Source: a virus (lineage: Duplodnaviria > Caudoviricetes). From it: a stretch of DNA of 48,019 nt. The stretch spans positions 1 to 48,019 of the IMG/VR virus record IMGVR_UViG_3300017909_002469, one strand, 5' to 3'. This document shows positions 34,846 through 43,931 of the stretch, in pieces. The notes beneath the pieces are model-generated. The model was given only the letters and a program-made list of their open reading frames with translations, was not told the DNA's origin and ran no database searches. The translations under genes were made by a program, and so were the position numbers. The number at the start of each line of letters is the position of its first letter. The stretch's first letter is position 1.

Positions 34846-35754
34846 TTAACCAAACGCCCCTAGGTTTTTAAGCTGAAGGCCGGTAATACCCAGACCAAGC
34901 GCATCAACAAGTGGATTGCTTTGCGTAAGCTTTTCAGTGATACGACTTGTTGGTGTAGGCATACCTCTGACCAGCGCGGCAAACCGCTCCAGTTGCTCCA
35001 TTGGGTAATCTCTTTTGCGAGTAAACTCATCGTAAGCTAGGTCAAGCTCGCTCTGTCTGCGAGCCTCATCTGCCTTGCCGACCCCTTCGAGTTGTCTCAA
35101 CCGCTCAAGCAATGATGACTGGCCGCGCTCACCAAGTCCTACAAGACCCGCGAGTCCTGCTTCTTTTGCGAGCAGGCTGTCCCGCGCAAAGCGTCTGTCT
35201 ACATCAAACAGGTCTTGTGCCTGCTGGTAAGCTGTTGCTCGTCCCTCAGACTCTATGCCTGCAAGCCTGTCAAGCAGGTTTTCTTTCGCTTGATTCTCAA
35301 GTAATTGTGCACGGCTACCGCCAAATGCCCCTGCGGCTACTGCACTCTTTGCAAGCTCAGGTATTCTCTGCTGGTAATCCGCTATCGCTTCCTGCTTTTG
35401 TGCCTCAAGCGTGGACTCCAAAAACGGGTTCATGTACTTCTGTGCTGTCTCAGCAGTAAACTCAGATGGTGTCTCCAGACTACGGATGATTCCGCGCTGT
35501 AAATCCATAGCCTCACCAAAGTATGGGGCGCCCACCTCAGCAAGCTGTTCGATACCTAGGTTTACCTTGTCTCTGAGGGGAGACTCTTCGGCTATGCGCG
35601 GACCGGTGTACTCAATGTATGGGCTGGTGTAAAGACCGGATTGCCCGTCCTCACCGCCTGCCGCAGTAGCTAAGATATTCTGGATGTACTGCTGTGCATA
35701 CTCTGGCAAAGTGTCCTGAACTACTGTGGTAGTTCCGCTACTTCCTTTACTCAT
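34846..35754 (-). CDS. Putative DNA pilot/ejection protein
   Basis: MSKGSSGTTT N-terminus, YMNPF and AGAFGGSR motifs. Confidence 0.65.
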   Translation of the reverse strand: MSKGSSGTTTVVQDTLPEYAQQYIQNILATAAGGEDGQSGLYTSPYIEYTGPRIAEESPLRDKVNLGIEQLAEVGAPYFGEAMDLQRGIIRSLETPSEFTAETAQKYMNPFLESTLEAQKQEAIADYQQRIPELAKSAVAAGAFGGSRAQLLENQAKENLLDRLAGIESEGRATAYQQAQDLFDVDRRFARDSLLAKEAGLAGLVGLGERGQSSLLERLRQLEGVGKADEARRQSELDLAYDEFTRKRDYPMEQLERFAALVRGMPTPTSRITEKLTQSNPLVDALGLGITGLQLKNLGAFG

Positions 35755-36166
35755 TGCTTATATCAACCTCGTATGCAACATAATCAAGATTCCATCCGTT
35801 CTTTAGGAGAATCTTTTTCCATCCAGTTCTGCCTCGGCCTTCCAGCTTCTTGCATCCCTGATCCTTTGCGTATGACCTGAGGGTTTTTAGCACCTCATCA
35901 AGCCATTGTTTCATCTGGCTACCGCCAACCCAGTCAATCGATAGTGCTTTGTACTGACTGTACTGTAATATGCGTGTAGTTATTGCCGCTACAGGGGTTG
36001 TCTCTTCGTATACAACCCACAATTGGATTCTCCTTTCAAGCAACTCATCCAATATAGACATTTTATCAAATCGTCCATCGGTTGTTTTGGTTGCTTTCTC
36101 CAGCTTATCCGCAACCTGCGGCCAGACAATCAGTGCATGATCGTCAGGTATTAGGGTAAATATCAT
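35747..36166 (-). CDS. GNAT-fold virion-module protein
   Basis: QLWVV...WVGG...AKDQGCKKLEGRGRTGW. Confidence 0.6.
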   Translation of the reverse strand: MIFTLIPDDHALIVWPQVADKLEKATKTTDGRFDKMSILDELLERRIQLWVVYEETTPVAAITTRILQYSQYKALSIDWVGGSQMKQWLDEVLKTLRSYAKDQGCKKLEGRGRTGWKKILLKNGWNLDYVAYEVDISNE

Positions 36167-37056
36167 CCAATGAGATACTCACTTGGATCAATCCTTGGGG
36201 GTTGCTCCGGTCTGCCATTCTTAGCAGTCCTTACCTTAGCGACCATCTCATCGAGAACTTCGCCGCCTTCTTCTGAAGAACCATTACCAACTGCGGAAAC
36301 AAAGTCAGCAGGGAGTATATATTCTTCGTTCGACAACAATATATCTTCATTAGATTCATTAGATGCCGGGACGAAATCATCCATGCCATCACCGAAACCA
36401 TCAATCATGCCTTCAGAGGGTCGCATTGTTTTTGACTTACGCTTCTGCGCTATGTCCTTGAGTAACCTTGCAAGCTTCTCCTTACCAAACCTACTAACAA
36501 ACTCACCCAATATCTTGAGGGATGTCTCCCTATCGATAGACCCCTCCACAGCAGAACGCACCATTTGTATCAATTGTTTGTCATTTAACTGTTGCGGCAT
36601 CGTCAAACTGTTCAAACCTCCTTCCCTGAATCCCTTAATGTTTGGGAACGGGGGCTGTTCCTCCTCGTCTTCCTGTCGTTTTTTGAGTAGACGGAGTGAC
36701 AGTGGATTCAACTGATTGGCATAGCTACGGCCCTTCAAGTCTTTGGATGCTCTTCTCTCTATCTCCTGCGGGATCATTGCCATACCGCCTAGGCCCGCGC
36801 CAAGAGCCTGACCGAGTTGCCCTGCATTCATACCGGCGAAAGAAGCATTAGGGAAAGCATTGCCTGCCATATTGCCGTATATACCACCAGTAAAATAAGA
36901 CCCAATACCTGTCGCCAAGCCCTGTTGCAAGCTACCTGTCTGTAAAAAACCACCAAGGCCAGAGCCAAGCGCGGCTCCGCTTAAAGCGCTGAGGCCTCCA
37001 AGCGCACCGGCTGTTCCTAAATAACTACCACCCAAGGCGCCTAACAAAGGTAGCAT
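36163..37056 (-). CDS. Putative internal virion protein
   Basis: Gly-rich hydrophobic N-terminus; GDGMDDFVPA...LSNEEYILPADFVSAVGNGSSEEG motif. Confidence 0.6.
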   Translation of the reverse strand: MLPLLGALGGSYLGTAGALGGLSALSGAALGSGLGGFLQTGSLQQGLATGIGSYFTGGIYGNMAGNAFPNASFAGMNAGQLGQALGAGLGGMAMIPQEIERRASKDLKGRSYANQLNPLSLRLLKKRQEDEEEQPPFPNIKGFREGGLNSLTMPQQLNDKQLIQMVRSAVEGSIDRETSLKILGEFVSRFGKEKLARLLKDIAQKRKSKTMRPSEGMIDGFGDGMDDFVPASNESNEDILLSNEEYILPADFVSAVGNGSSEEGGEVLDEMVAKVRTAKNGRPEQPPRIDPSEYLIG

Positions 37057-37502
37057 CAGATACTCCTACTTCTTTCGTCTAATAAAGCCTCGACATTAGC
37101 AAACTCTAGTTGCACGTCAAAGCTGGGACACTCTTTACTGGAAAACTCATTATGTCCGTGAACCGTTAGCTCACCATAGGTCTGCCGTAAATCTAAAACA
37201 AGATCTAAGAGATTGGATATTTGTTCTTCGGTCCTTGTATCTTTAGCTTTCCCGTTCTCATCAGTGCCACCCACATAGCAGATTCCAATCGAGTCTTTGT
37301 TGTGACCTTTAGCGTGTGCACCAGAGCGTTCAACTGGGCGTCCGTCACGAATGGTCCCATCGAGTTCGATAACAAAATGGTAGCCAATGTCTGACCAACC
37401 TCTGTCTTTGTGCCACTGCTTGATTTCATCCGCTTTAACGTCTCTACCTTCTGGCGTAGCTGAGCAATGAATTATTATTTTATTGAGTTCTCTCATCAAC
37501 AA
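37056..37502 (-). CDS. Endolysin, N-acetylmuramoyl-L-alanine amidase (T7 lysozyme family)
   Basis: IIIHCSAT, GWSDIGYHFVI, GAHAKGHN, SIGICYVGG, GHNE, KECPSFD. Confidence 0.95.
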   Translation of the reverse strand: MLMRELNKIIIHCSATPEGRDVKADEIKQWHKDRGWSDIGYHFVIELDGTIRDGRPVERSGAHAKGHNKDSIGICYVGGTDENGKAKDTRTEEQISNLLDLVLDLRQTYGELTVHGHNEFSSKECPSFDVQLEFANVEALLDERSRSI

Positions 37503-38500
37503 TATTCTCTCATCAACTTAGTCATCGGAATCCATGACTGCTCCTTAATTCTACCATTTTCAATGGTGATATCGTACACGCCGTAGCTCCATCCGGTAAC
37601 AGAGTGCTTGGCATAGTCCTCAACGTGACCATCCGGCATTGAACAGCCAAGATTTATAACAGTGATATAATTATGTCCTAGCTTAGGGAATGTTCGATCA
37701 ACTCGTTTGTGGGAATGGCCAAACACAACATCATGCAGGCTGTCTCTTGCTATCGAGTTTTCTGAGTTCATACCGCCATAAGGCTTACCCATCTGATTGA
37801 GGGGCACATGAGTAAAACCCACGTCACCAATGAAGAAGAATTCACCGAATGGACTATAGCTCCAGCCAAATTCGTCGAGCAATCCATAGACTTCCTCAAA
37901 CAGGAGTTGAGCGAGTTCGGGATTGTTATTGACGAATCTAGCGATGCGATCTTCATGATTCCCGAGGGTGACATGCTTCGGTACTTTGTGCCACCCGAGG
38001 CCGTCCTCAAAACTGAGGAGAGCTTCGGAGAAGCTAGCCAGATCGTCTTTGAAGCTAGGCTTGTCGTGACCTTTGATGGTCCAGTTTGGATCGTGAGTAC
38101 TCATACTATCCATTGATGTAAAGTCACCAATCTGGACTATTTGATCAACTTGATTCTCACGGGCATATTTACCCATCGCATAGAATCTAGATTTATCTGG
38201 TATTTCTGGCCCATCATGGGAGTCACCAATCGCCAACACACGACAATTCACATTGTCGCCTTTAGGTCTTTGATGTATTACGTACCTATGTTTGAGATAA
38301 ACTGTCTTATACTCCTCATCTGGAGTATCTACGACCTTGATCTCTTCTTTTATATAACCCTCTGTCTTGGCAGTCTCAACCCTGCTTGCAAGAGTTGTCC
38401 TTGGGATGCCAATCTCTCTAGCGGCTTCCAAGATCTTACCGTTGTGCTTTTTGTATAATTCAGCGGTCTCCCTAAGAAGCTCGCCCCTTTCACTCTTCAC
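37496..38500 (-). CDS. HTH plus calcineurin-like metallophosphoesterase
   Basis: N-terminal EAAREIGIPRTTL HTH; GDSH, IGDF, GNHE, THVP, GHSH motifs. Confidence 0.85.
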   Translation of the reverse strand: MKSERGELLRETAELYKKHNGKILEAAREIGIPRTTLASRVETAKTEGYIKEEIKVVDTPDEEYKTVYLKHRYVIHQRPKGDNVNCRVLAIGDSHDGPEIPDKSRFYAMGKYARENQVDQIVQIGDFTSMDSMSTHDPNWTIKGHDKPSFKDDLASFSEALLSFEDGLGWHKVPKHVTLGNHEDRIARFVNNNPELAQLLFEEVYGLLDEFGWSYSPFGEFFFIGDVGFTHVPLNQMGKPYGGMNSENSIARDSLHDVVFGHSHKRVDRTFPKLGHNYITVINLGCSMPDGHVEDYAKHSVTGWSYGVYDITIENGRIKEQSWIPMTKLMREYC

Positions 38501-38530
38501 GCAAATACTCCTTTTAATGCGTGGCTACAC

Positions 38531-38755
38531 TTACTCCACCACAGTTATATCCGAATGAGTTTCGACCCAGACTTTAGCGCCACATGAAAGTGGCTTGTCT
38601 GGTGAATATACAACCTCACAGGGTCCGTCTACCTTGACCCTGTTGCACTTGATATTTTCCTTAGATGTTTTCACGGTGAGGACAGGAACTGGATCATCAG
38701 GATTTTTTTTGTTATGCCTGATGTTATGTTGATTGACATGGATTCTTTTAATCAC
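38531..38755 (-). CDS. Conserved small phage protein
   Basis: IHVNQHNI...YSPDKPLSCGAKVWVET motif; RBS GGAGG. Confidence 0.7.
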   Translation of the reverse strand: MIKRIHVNQHNIRHNKKNPDDPVPVLTVKTSKENIKCNRVKVDGPCEVVYSPDKPLSCGAKVWVETHSDITVVE

Positions 38756-38764
38756 TGTCCCTCC

Positions 38765-38786
38765 AAAAAGTGCATGTGCACTTTAT
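38765..38786. repeat. Dispersed palindrome copy 14 (AAAAAGTGCATGTGCACTTTAT)
   Basis: Consensus match at a gene boundary. Confidence 0.9.
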
Positions 38787-39148
38787 TTTTTGAAGATGGA
38801 AGATCCGAACTTCAGCCCGAAACTAGCAGTGACCGCAATAAAAAGCAACGTCTGGTAGAAATCAGGCAACGCCTGTAATGTCTCAAATCCTTTATGTACG
38901 CGCTCAATAATGTCGGGATCGTCTGTGGCAACAGCCCACATGATTGCAATAATTGGCGCCGATAACACCAGCGTAAACCACTCATCCTTCCATGACGTGG
39001 TTGTGGCGCCAGCCATTTTACTTTCCCAGTCAGCATCGTTCTGTATCGTAGCTATCTTTCTTTGCTGTATGGCTTTCTTTTCATCAGCCTTACCCTTAAT
39101 GAAGTCTTTAGCCAGCTCAATAGCAGGACCTATCAGCATCTGTATCAT
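38783..39148 (-). CDS. Holin-like membrane protein
   Basis: SWKDEW motif, two hydrophobic segments, basic C-terminus; near the endolysin. Confidence 0.65.
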   Translation of the reverse strand: MIQMLIGPAIELAKDFIKGKADEKKAIQQRKIATIQNDADWESKMAGATTTSWKDEWFTLVLSAPIIAIMWAVATDDPDIIERVHKGFETLQALPDFYQTLLFIAVTASFGLKFGSSIFKK

Positions 39149-39471
39149 TGGTTATCATCCTTCTTGATCTTTGCTTGCCAAGCACTCGCGCCGAAGAAAC
39201 TAGCTACCAAAGCTGAAACTGCGATGAAATAAGTGCCACTGATATTACCAAGAATAGTAGCGGCATTACTAAGGCCAAGAAGATCACAAATAAAAATGCC
39301 AGACGGGTAGAGCAACATGCCTGCAAGAGCGAACCAAACCATGACACGAATCTGATCACGTTGTTTATCGTCATCTTCAATACGCCTACGCCTATCCTCA
39401 AGCATAAGCTTGCGTTCTTCAGCATCTAAAACACCATCGCCATTCAGATCATACTTGCTAAACTCATTCAT
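39145..39471 (-). CDS. EF-hand-like loop plus two-TM membrane protein (holin-like)
   Basis: YDLNGDGVLDAEE loop, then two hydrophobic helices. Confidence 0.6.
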   Translation of the reverse strand: MNEFSKYDLNGDGVLDAEERKLMLEDRRRRIEDDDKQRDQIRVMVWFALAGMLLYPSGIFICDLLGLSNAATILGNISGTYFIAVSALVASFFGASAWQAKIKKDDNQ

Positions 39472-39653
39472 ACGCCTGTCTTCCTATCATCCGGCACAGG
39501 CACACAGGCCATGCCTCTAGGGTCTTCTGCGTCTTGCATCAAGACCATAGCCTCCTCAAAACAGTCCTGAGGATTTTTGAACTCTTTCCTATCTATTATT
39601 TGTAGGACGCCCGGTTGTATGGCAATCGTAATAATCCCATAAACCACCCACAT
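39468..39653 (-). CDS. Small hypothetical protein
   Basis: 61 aa, hydrophobic N-terminus, C...CVP. Confidence 0.55.
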   Translation of the reverse strand: MWVVYGIITIAIQPGVLQIIDRKEFKNPQDCFEEAMVLMQDAEDPRGMACVPVPDDRKTGV

Positions 39654-39654
39654 G

Positions 39655-40104
39655 TTAGCGCCCTCTTACTGCCATAATTGCAAGAAGTAGCCAAATTCCC
39701 CCAGCCACGGTGAGACAGCCAGCAAGTACAATAGCAGTATAAATAAGTCCGTTCTTAATGGCTTTTCGCTTAGCCAGTCTTTGAGCTTTTTCGCGCTCAA
39801 GCTGTTTCTTCCTTAGTGCTTTCCTGTTACGCATGAATGTCTGGTAATCCTGCCATAGGCCCGGCCTACCGGCGTATATGAAAAGCTGTTTTATCTCGTA
39901 TTCACGTTGTTTGATTTCTTCCAAATGGAAGAATGCGTTCGCATCTCCTGCTTCTGCCTGCTTTTGTATATCCTCATGAGCATCAGCAAGATTAGTAAGG
40001 TGCTTCCCCATCTGCCCGACAGAGGTGACGTGCCCCGCGAGTTCTTTGATCCCCCGTATGGCTTGATTCGCAACTTCTATTGCCGCGATTGCCTCGAAGA
40101 TCAT
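39655..40104 (-). CDS. Conserved phage protein with C-terminal TM helix
   Basis: YAGRPGLWQDY motif, coiled coil, hydrophobic C-terminus. Confidence 0.7.
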   Translation of the reverse strand: MIFEAIAAIEVANQAIRGIKELAGHVTSVGQMGKHLTNLADAHEDIQKQAEAGDANAFFHLEEIKQREYEIKQLFIYAGRPGLWQDYQTFMRNRKALRKKQLEREKAQRLAKRKAIKNGLIYTAIVLAGCLTVAGGIWLLLAIMAVRGR

Positions 40105-40106
40105 GG

Positions 40107-40934
40107 CTATCCACGCCTAAACAAACTTCCAAGACCTGTCATTCTTGGTACAGACCCCTGAAGCTCGGCCTGTGGCCTAATAGACATCGGCACGTAAAGG
40201 CGTGAGAAAGAACGTAGTCGTTCAGCAGGCCGGAACCCCATCCGTGGATCTGGAGTTCTCCTAAAGAATCCACCTAAACCGCCCATGAACGGATTACCAC
40301 CATATCCCATCATCGGGTTGCCAAAACCCATCATTGGGTTACTAAACCCAAACATGCCGCCATACGGACTACCGTATCCCATGCCCCCGAATGGACCCCC
40401 AAAGCCCATGCCCATCATTGGATTGCGGAACGGATTACGCATAGGCGGTGGGCGGGTAAACCCGAACATGCCGCCATATGGATTTCTTGGGAGTCTTGCG
40501 TTGAACATATCCTGCATCTGCTTTGGACTAAGTACCTCGTTCTGGCCCCCAGCCGGAGCAGGCTCAGCATTAATCCTTGCTTGATAGTCTTTGTATGCAT
40601 TCTCATATGGGCGTATGCGAGAAGACGAACCTATGTAATCAGGGAAAACGTTTGACCTGTACATGTCCTGAGTTTCCATGCCGAAGCCTCGACCTTGATT
40701 CCGATCCACTACGGCTTGATACTCAGGAGATTTCGTAAAGTCATCGAACTGATCGCCAAATGTTGGTGGCTTATATTGGAAATCTGTGATTGGATTTGGT
40801 GATGGCACATTACCTTTTGATGGCGGTGATGTAACAGGCTGTGCAGGAGTTGCTGGCTGTACCGGCATTGTTGGACCACCTTTTGAATTAGGCCCTGAAA
40901 CTTTGGGGCCAACATAGCCCGGTGCATACATCAT
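40107..40934 (-). CDS. Low-complexity P/G/M/F-rich protein
   Basis: Repeats PYGGMFGF (x2) and NPMMG (x3); RBS GAGG. Confidence 0.65.
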   Translation of the reverse strand: MMYAPGYVGPKVSGPNSKGGPTMPVQPATPAQPVTSPPSKGNVPSPNPITDFQYKPPTFGDQFDDFTKSPEYQAVVDRNQGRGFGMETQDMYRSNVFPDYIGSSSRIRPYENAYKDYQARINAEPAPAGGQNEVLSPKQMQDMFNARLPRNPYGGMFGFTRPPPMRNPFRNPMMGMGFGGPFGGMGYGSPYGGMFGFSNPMMGFGNPMMGYGGNPFMGGLGGFFRRTPDPRMGFRPAERLRSFSRLYVPMSIRPQAELQGSVPRMTGLGSLFRRG

Positions 40935-40946
40935 TTCTTAATCCTC

Positions 40947-40968
40947 AAAAAGTGCACATGCACTTTAT
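40947..40968. repeat. Dispersed palindrome copy 15 (AAAAAGTGCACATGCACTTTAT)
   Basis: Consensus match at a gene boundary. Confidence 0.9.
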
Positions 40969-41177
40969 TTAAACCACATGTGTTGTGATAACAGTGTAAC
41001 AAATGCGCCCAGTATGCCGGAGGCTGATATCAAGAACGCAATTGTCCTCCAACCACCTTTCGACTGCTGGACCTGATCTCTCATCCACTTGATATCATCA
41101 CGAAGCTCTGCCATGTCTCTTTCGAGTGCAGTCAGTCGCGCTGATACTTCGCCAATCTCTCTATCAATATTCGCCAT
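40965..41177 (-). CDS. Coiled-coil plus TM small protein (XhlA-like)
   Basis: EIGEVSARLTALE coiled coil, KGGWR, then a TM helix. Confidence 0.6.
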   Translation of the reverse strand: MANIDREIGEVSARLTALERDMAELRDDIKWMRDQVQQSKGGWRTIAFLISASGILGAFVTLLSQHMWFK

Positions 41178-41479
41178 TATGGTGTGCTCACTGTTACAGT
41201 ACCTATTGTACTAGTTGCAGACACTCCACGAACGCTTGAAAGCGCCAAATCAGATACCCTTACTGTGGTCCCATGCCTATAAAGTGCTCCAGACTCAAGG
41301 CCGAAATCATCTGAAGGGAGATCCTTGATAGTGACTGAGCTGAAGCGCCCATCGCCCGGATTCTTCGACTGATTTATCAGCAATGTAAACTGATTCACAA
41401 GGTCGGCAAAATACGCTTGATTATATTCGGGTGGAGCTACTGGGAAGAACGGCTTAGCTATTCCTCTATTAGAAGACAT
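41177..41479 (-). CDS. Small tail-associated protein
   Basis: PVAPPEY motif; follows the tail tubular/stabilisation gene. Confidence 0.6.
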   Translation of the reverse strand: MSSNRGIAKPFFPVAPPEYNQAYFADLVNQFTLLINQSKNPGDGRFSSVTIKDLPSDDFGLESGALYRHGTTVRVSDLALSSVRGVSATSTIGTVTVSTP

Positions 41480-43434
41480 TACCGCCTCCCGTCTTTTCTT
41501 ACATCAACCCGAGTGGTTCCGAGTCTCCAGCCCACGTCTGTTTGATTTGATTCGACACGCAACGCGAATGAGCGCCCTCGCAAGCGAACGTATGCTTGAT
41601 TGGTCCACGCTTCTATAGGTACTGTCTGTGACCTCACAACAGAGGATGTGTTGGTGTTCGAGTAGTTCGAGCCCGGAAAATTCCTTACCTTCAATGTAAG
41701 GTCAACAGTTGGTGTGGATGACGTTGACTCAGGAAATGCTAGATCTGGTATCACTTTCCTGATGAACGCAAAATCATTGCCATCTGAAAGATCGATCTGG
41801 CTTGATTCGATGAATGCCGTTATCGCAGACTCTGGTGTTGTTGACCCATCGTTGACGCCGAACTCATGGTAATAGAGAAAGCCATCTAAGCCTGCGGCTA
41901 TCGGGTATCTGTTGATACCTCGATCAATCCAGTTAGATCTGGCCAGTGTACCGTAATACCACAGCTTATCCTGATAGTTGTACACTACATATCTATCGTT
42001 TGCTGTCGAACCCGATGATGGGTAAAACCACCATATCTCACTGTATGCTGAGTTAAGGCCAGTCGTTACCTTCTCCGTCTGCTCGATATTGATATCATTG
42101 AACACATACTCTTTGACAGAGCACGGGAGCGTTTGCACTTGGCCGTTGTAAAAGTAAAACTCTCCTTCTCCCATCCAGAAAACTAGATCATCTACTGCCT
42201 TGAACGCCTGAGGACTCGTGATAGTGACGTTCTCTGATATAAGGCTCGCGCCAAACGTGAAAGGAGGCCCTTGGAACTGCATGGCATACAATGCCTTATT
42301 TGTCCAAACAAGGATCTGCTGTCTTGTTTCGGTCGCGCAAACTATCTTAGACCCACTTCCTAACGGTATAGATCCCGCTGTGTTTTCGACAGCATCTGTC
42401 CACAAAAACGGATTGCTCTGATCTGAGAACCTAATCAACATCGGATCTTGGACTCCAGTCGAGGAGCCATCTGCACCGATATCATCGGCACCGAATGCAA
42501 TCACATGTCTGTCTATATCTGATACAAGTATCTGTGTCGCTACGGTAGGTACGCCTGCGTCTATATCGCCAGATGTGTTATAGGCAATTGAGCCTAAAGT
42601 CGCGGCCCTAGAAAATGTTATGCCGCTGGATGTAGATTTATCCCAATAAAATATGCCACCGTCCTTGACGTTAATAATCAGATCTTCCCCGAAGTTATCA
42701 TGAGACCAGACCCTTAGCTTTGTTGCGGTCGTCACGTCAGCGGATGAACTCCATGTCCCCCTGCCCCAAGTGCCTGCGCCCCACCCAGCGGCGTAAACAG
42801 ATTCATTCAGACCCGTGTTTATTTGATAAGCGCCTACTGCTGAGGAGCCGCCATTCCCTGTGTCAGAAGAATTAGCAGAGACACTATTAGCAACAATCTG
42901 ACCATCAACGGTGATACTTTGAATGTCGGTACCTGCCGCTCTGGCTGATATCTTATATTGCGAACCGGAGATTCTTTCGGTGATTTGATATTCTTGATTA
43001 AGGACATCTGCTGTAATATTCCCCCCTAAAGATGCCGCGCCTGTAAACGTGACAAAGTCTTCGGCCTCCGCGTTATGAGCGGAGTCTGTGACTGTGATTT
43101 CTGAAGATCCATTGGTCGCTGAAAACGTGACATCGCCTGCTGAGGTGGTGGATCTAACGGGCGTGATATCCTTAAACAGCCCACCATCCTCAATGTAATA
43201 TTTTAGATTTGTGCCGACTCCATTGTAGATAGAGGAGTCAAGAGCTACCCAAGGCTTCAAGCCACGACATGTCCCAAGAAAAGAATTGGATGACAGCTTG
43301 GACCACCCCTTAATTTTCTCAGGCAAGCCAGCCCTAAAACGAACTTTATCGCCATCAAACCAGCCGCCCTCATTCGTATAGGATGTTGTCTCCCTTACGA
43401 TACCGGGCTGGAATTGTAGCTTCGTCAAAGACAT
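41479..43434 (-). CDS. Tail tubular/head-closure protein (P22 gp10 or tail tubular B-like beta-propeller)
   Basis: GWFDGDKVRFRAGLPEKI, IRFSDQ, EIWWFYPS, RLRGR, WRLG motifs. Confidence 0.75.
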   Translation of the reverse strand: MSLTKLQFQPGIVRETTSYTNEGGWFDGDKVRFRAGLPEKIKGWSKLSSNSFLGTCRGLKPWVALDSSIYNGVGTNLKYYIEDGGLFKDITPVRSTTSAGDVTFSATNGSSEITVTDSAHNAEAEDFVTFTGAASLGGNITADVLNQEYQITERISGSQYKISARAAGTDIQSITVDGQIVANSVSANSSDTGNGGSSAVGAYQINTGLNESVYAAGWGAGTWGRGTWSSSADVTTATKLRVWSHDNFGEDLIINVKDGGIFYWDKSTSSGITFSRAATLGSIAYNTSGDIDAGVPTVATQILVSDIDRHVIAFGADDIGADGSSTGVQDPMLIRFSDQSNPFLWTDAVENTAGSIPLGSGSKIVCATETRQQILVWTNKALYAMQFQGPPFTFGASLISENVTITSPQAFKAVDDLVFWMGEGEFYFYNGQVQTLPCSVKEYVFNDINIEQTEKVTTGLNSAYSEIWWFYPSSGSTANDRYVVYNYQDKLWYYGTLARSNWIDRGINRYPIAAGLDGFLYYHEFGVNDGSTTPESAITAFIESSQIDLSDGNDFAFIRKVIPDLAFPESTSSTPTVDLTLKVRNFPGSNYSNTNTSSVVRSQTVPIEAWTNQAYVRLRGRSFALRVESNQTDVGWRLGTTRVDVRKDGRR

Positions 43435-43445
43435 TAGGAGCGCCC

Positions 43446-43925
43446 CTAAATTTCTTCAGGCCAATCGTCTATCGGGGCGTTACCAGTTGGGTTACCGTCA
43501 GAGTCAACCGGAGTGTTGTACAAAGCCATAAAAGCATCGTGATCTGCCGCATTAGTAATCGCACTCTCAATAGTATTACTTGCAGTACGAACCGCCGCAC
43601 GATAGGTGGTCACTTCAGATGGGACAGTGTAGTCAGCAACTTCTGTGGCTTTAACTACGTACCAATCGGTCGGTGCGAGTTTACCTGCCGCCTGTGTCTT
43701 AACATCGGTGATAGCTCCTGATTTCAAGCTGTCCAGTGCTTTCGGTGTCCCGTCACCTGTGTAGAAACGACTGTTGTACCGGACAGGATCGTCCACCCAC
43801 ACCATGCCAACGGCAATCTTTTGATCGTTGGTTGTTGCGCCCCACCACTGAGGGGGATACATACGGCCTGTATTGTCTTTCCAAACACGGCCTTCTCGTA
43901 CTCTAAGACCTGAATAAGTCCACAT
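43446..43925 (-). CDS. Tail fiber assembly-like protein
   Basis: LAPTDWYVV...YRAAVR...WPEE motif; follows the fiber gene. Confidence 0.65.
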   Translation of the reverse strand: MWTYSGLRVREGRVWKDNTGRMYPPQWWGATTNDQKIAVGMVWVDDPVRYNSRFYTGDGTPKALDSLKSGAITDVKTQAAGKLAPTDWYVVKATEVADYTVPSEVTTYRAAVRTASNTIESAITNAADHDAFMALYNTPVDSDGNPTGNAPIDDWPEEI

Positions 43926-43931
43926 TATCTT

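Noticed and set aside
2728-40968. Palindromes as intrinsic terminators or MITE/REP elements
   Set aside because: A 2-nt loop and AT-rich arms make poor terminators, real terminators lie beside several copies, five copies are mid-gene, and there are no target-site duplications or transposase.
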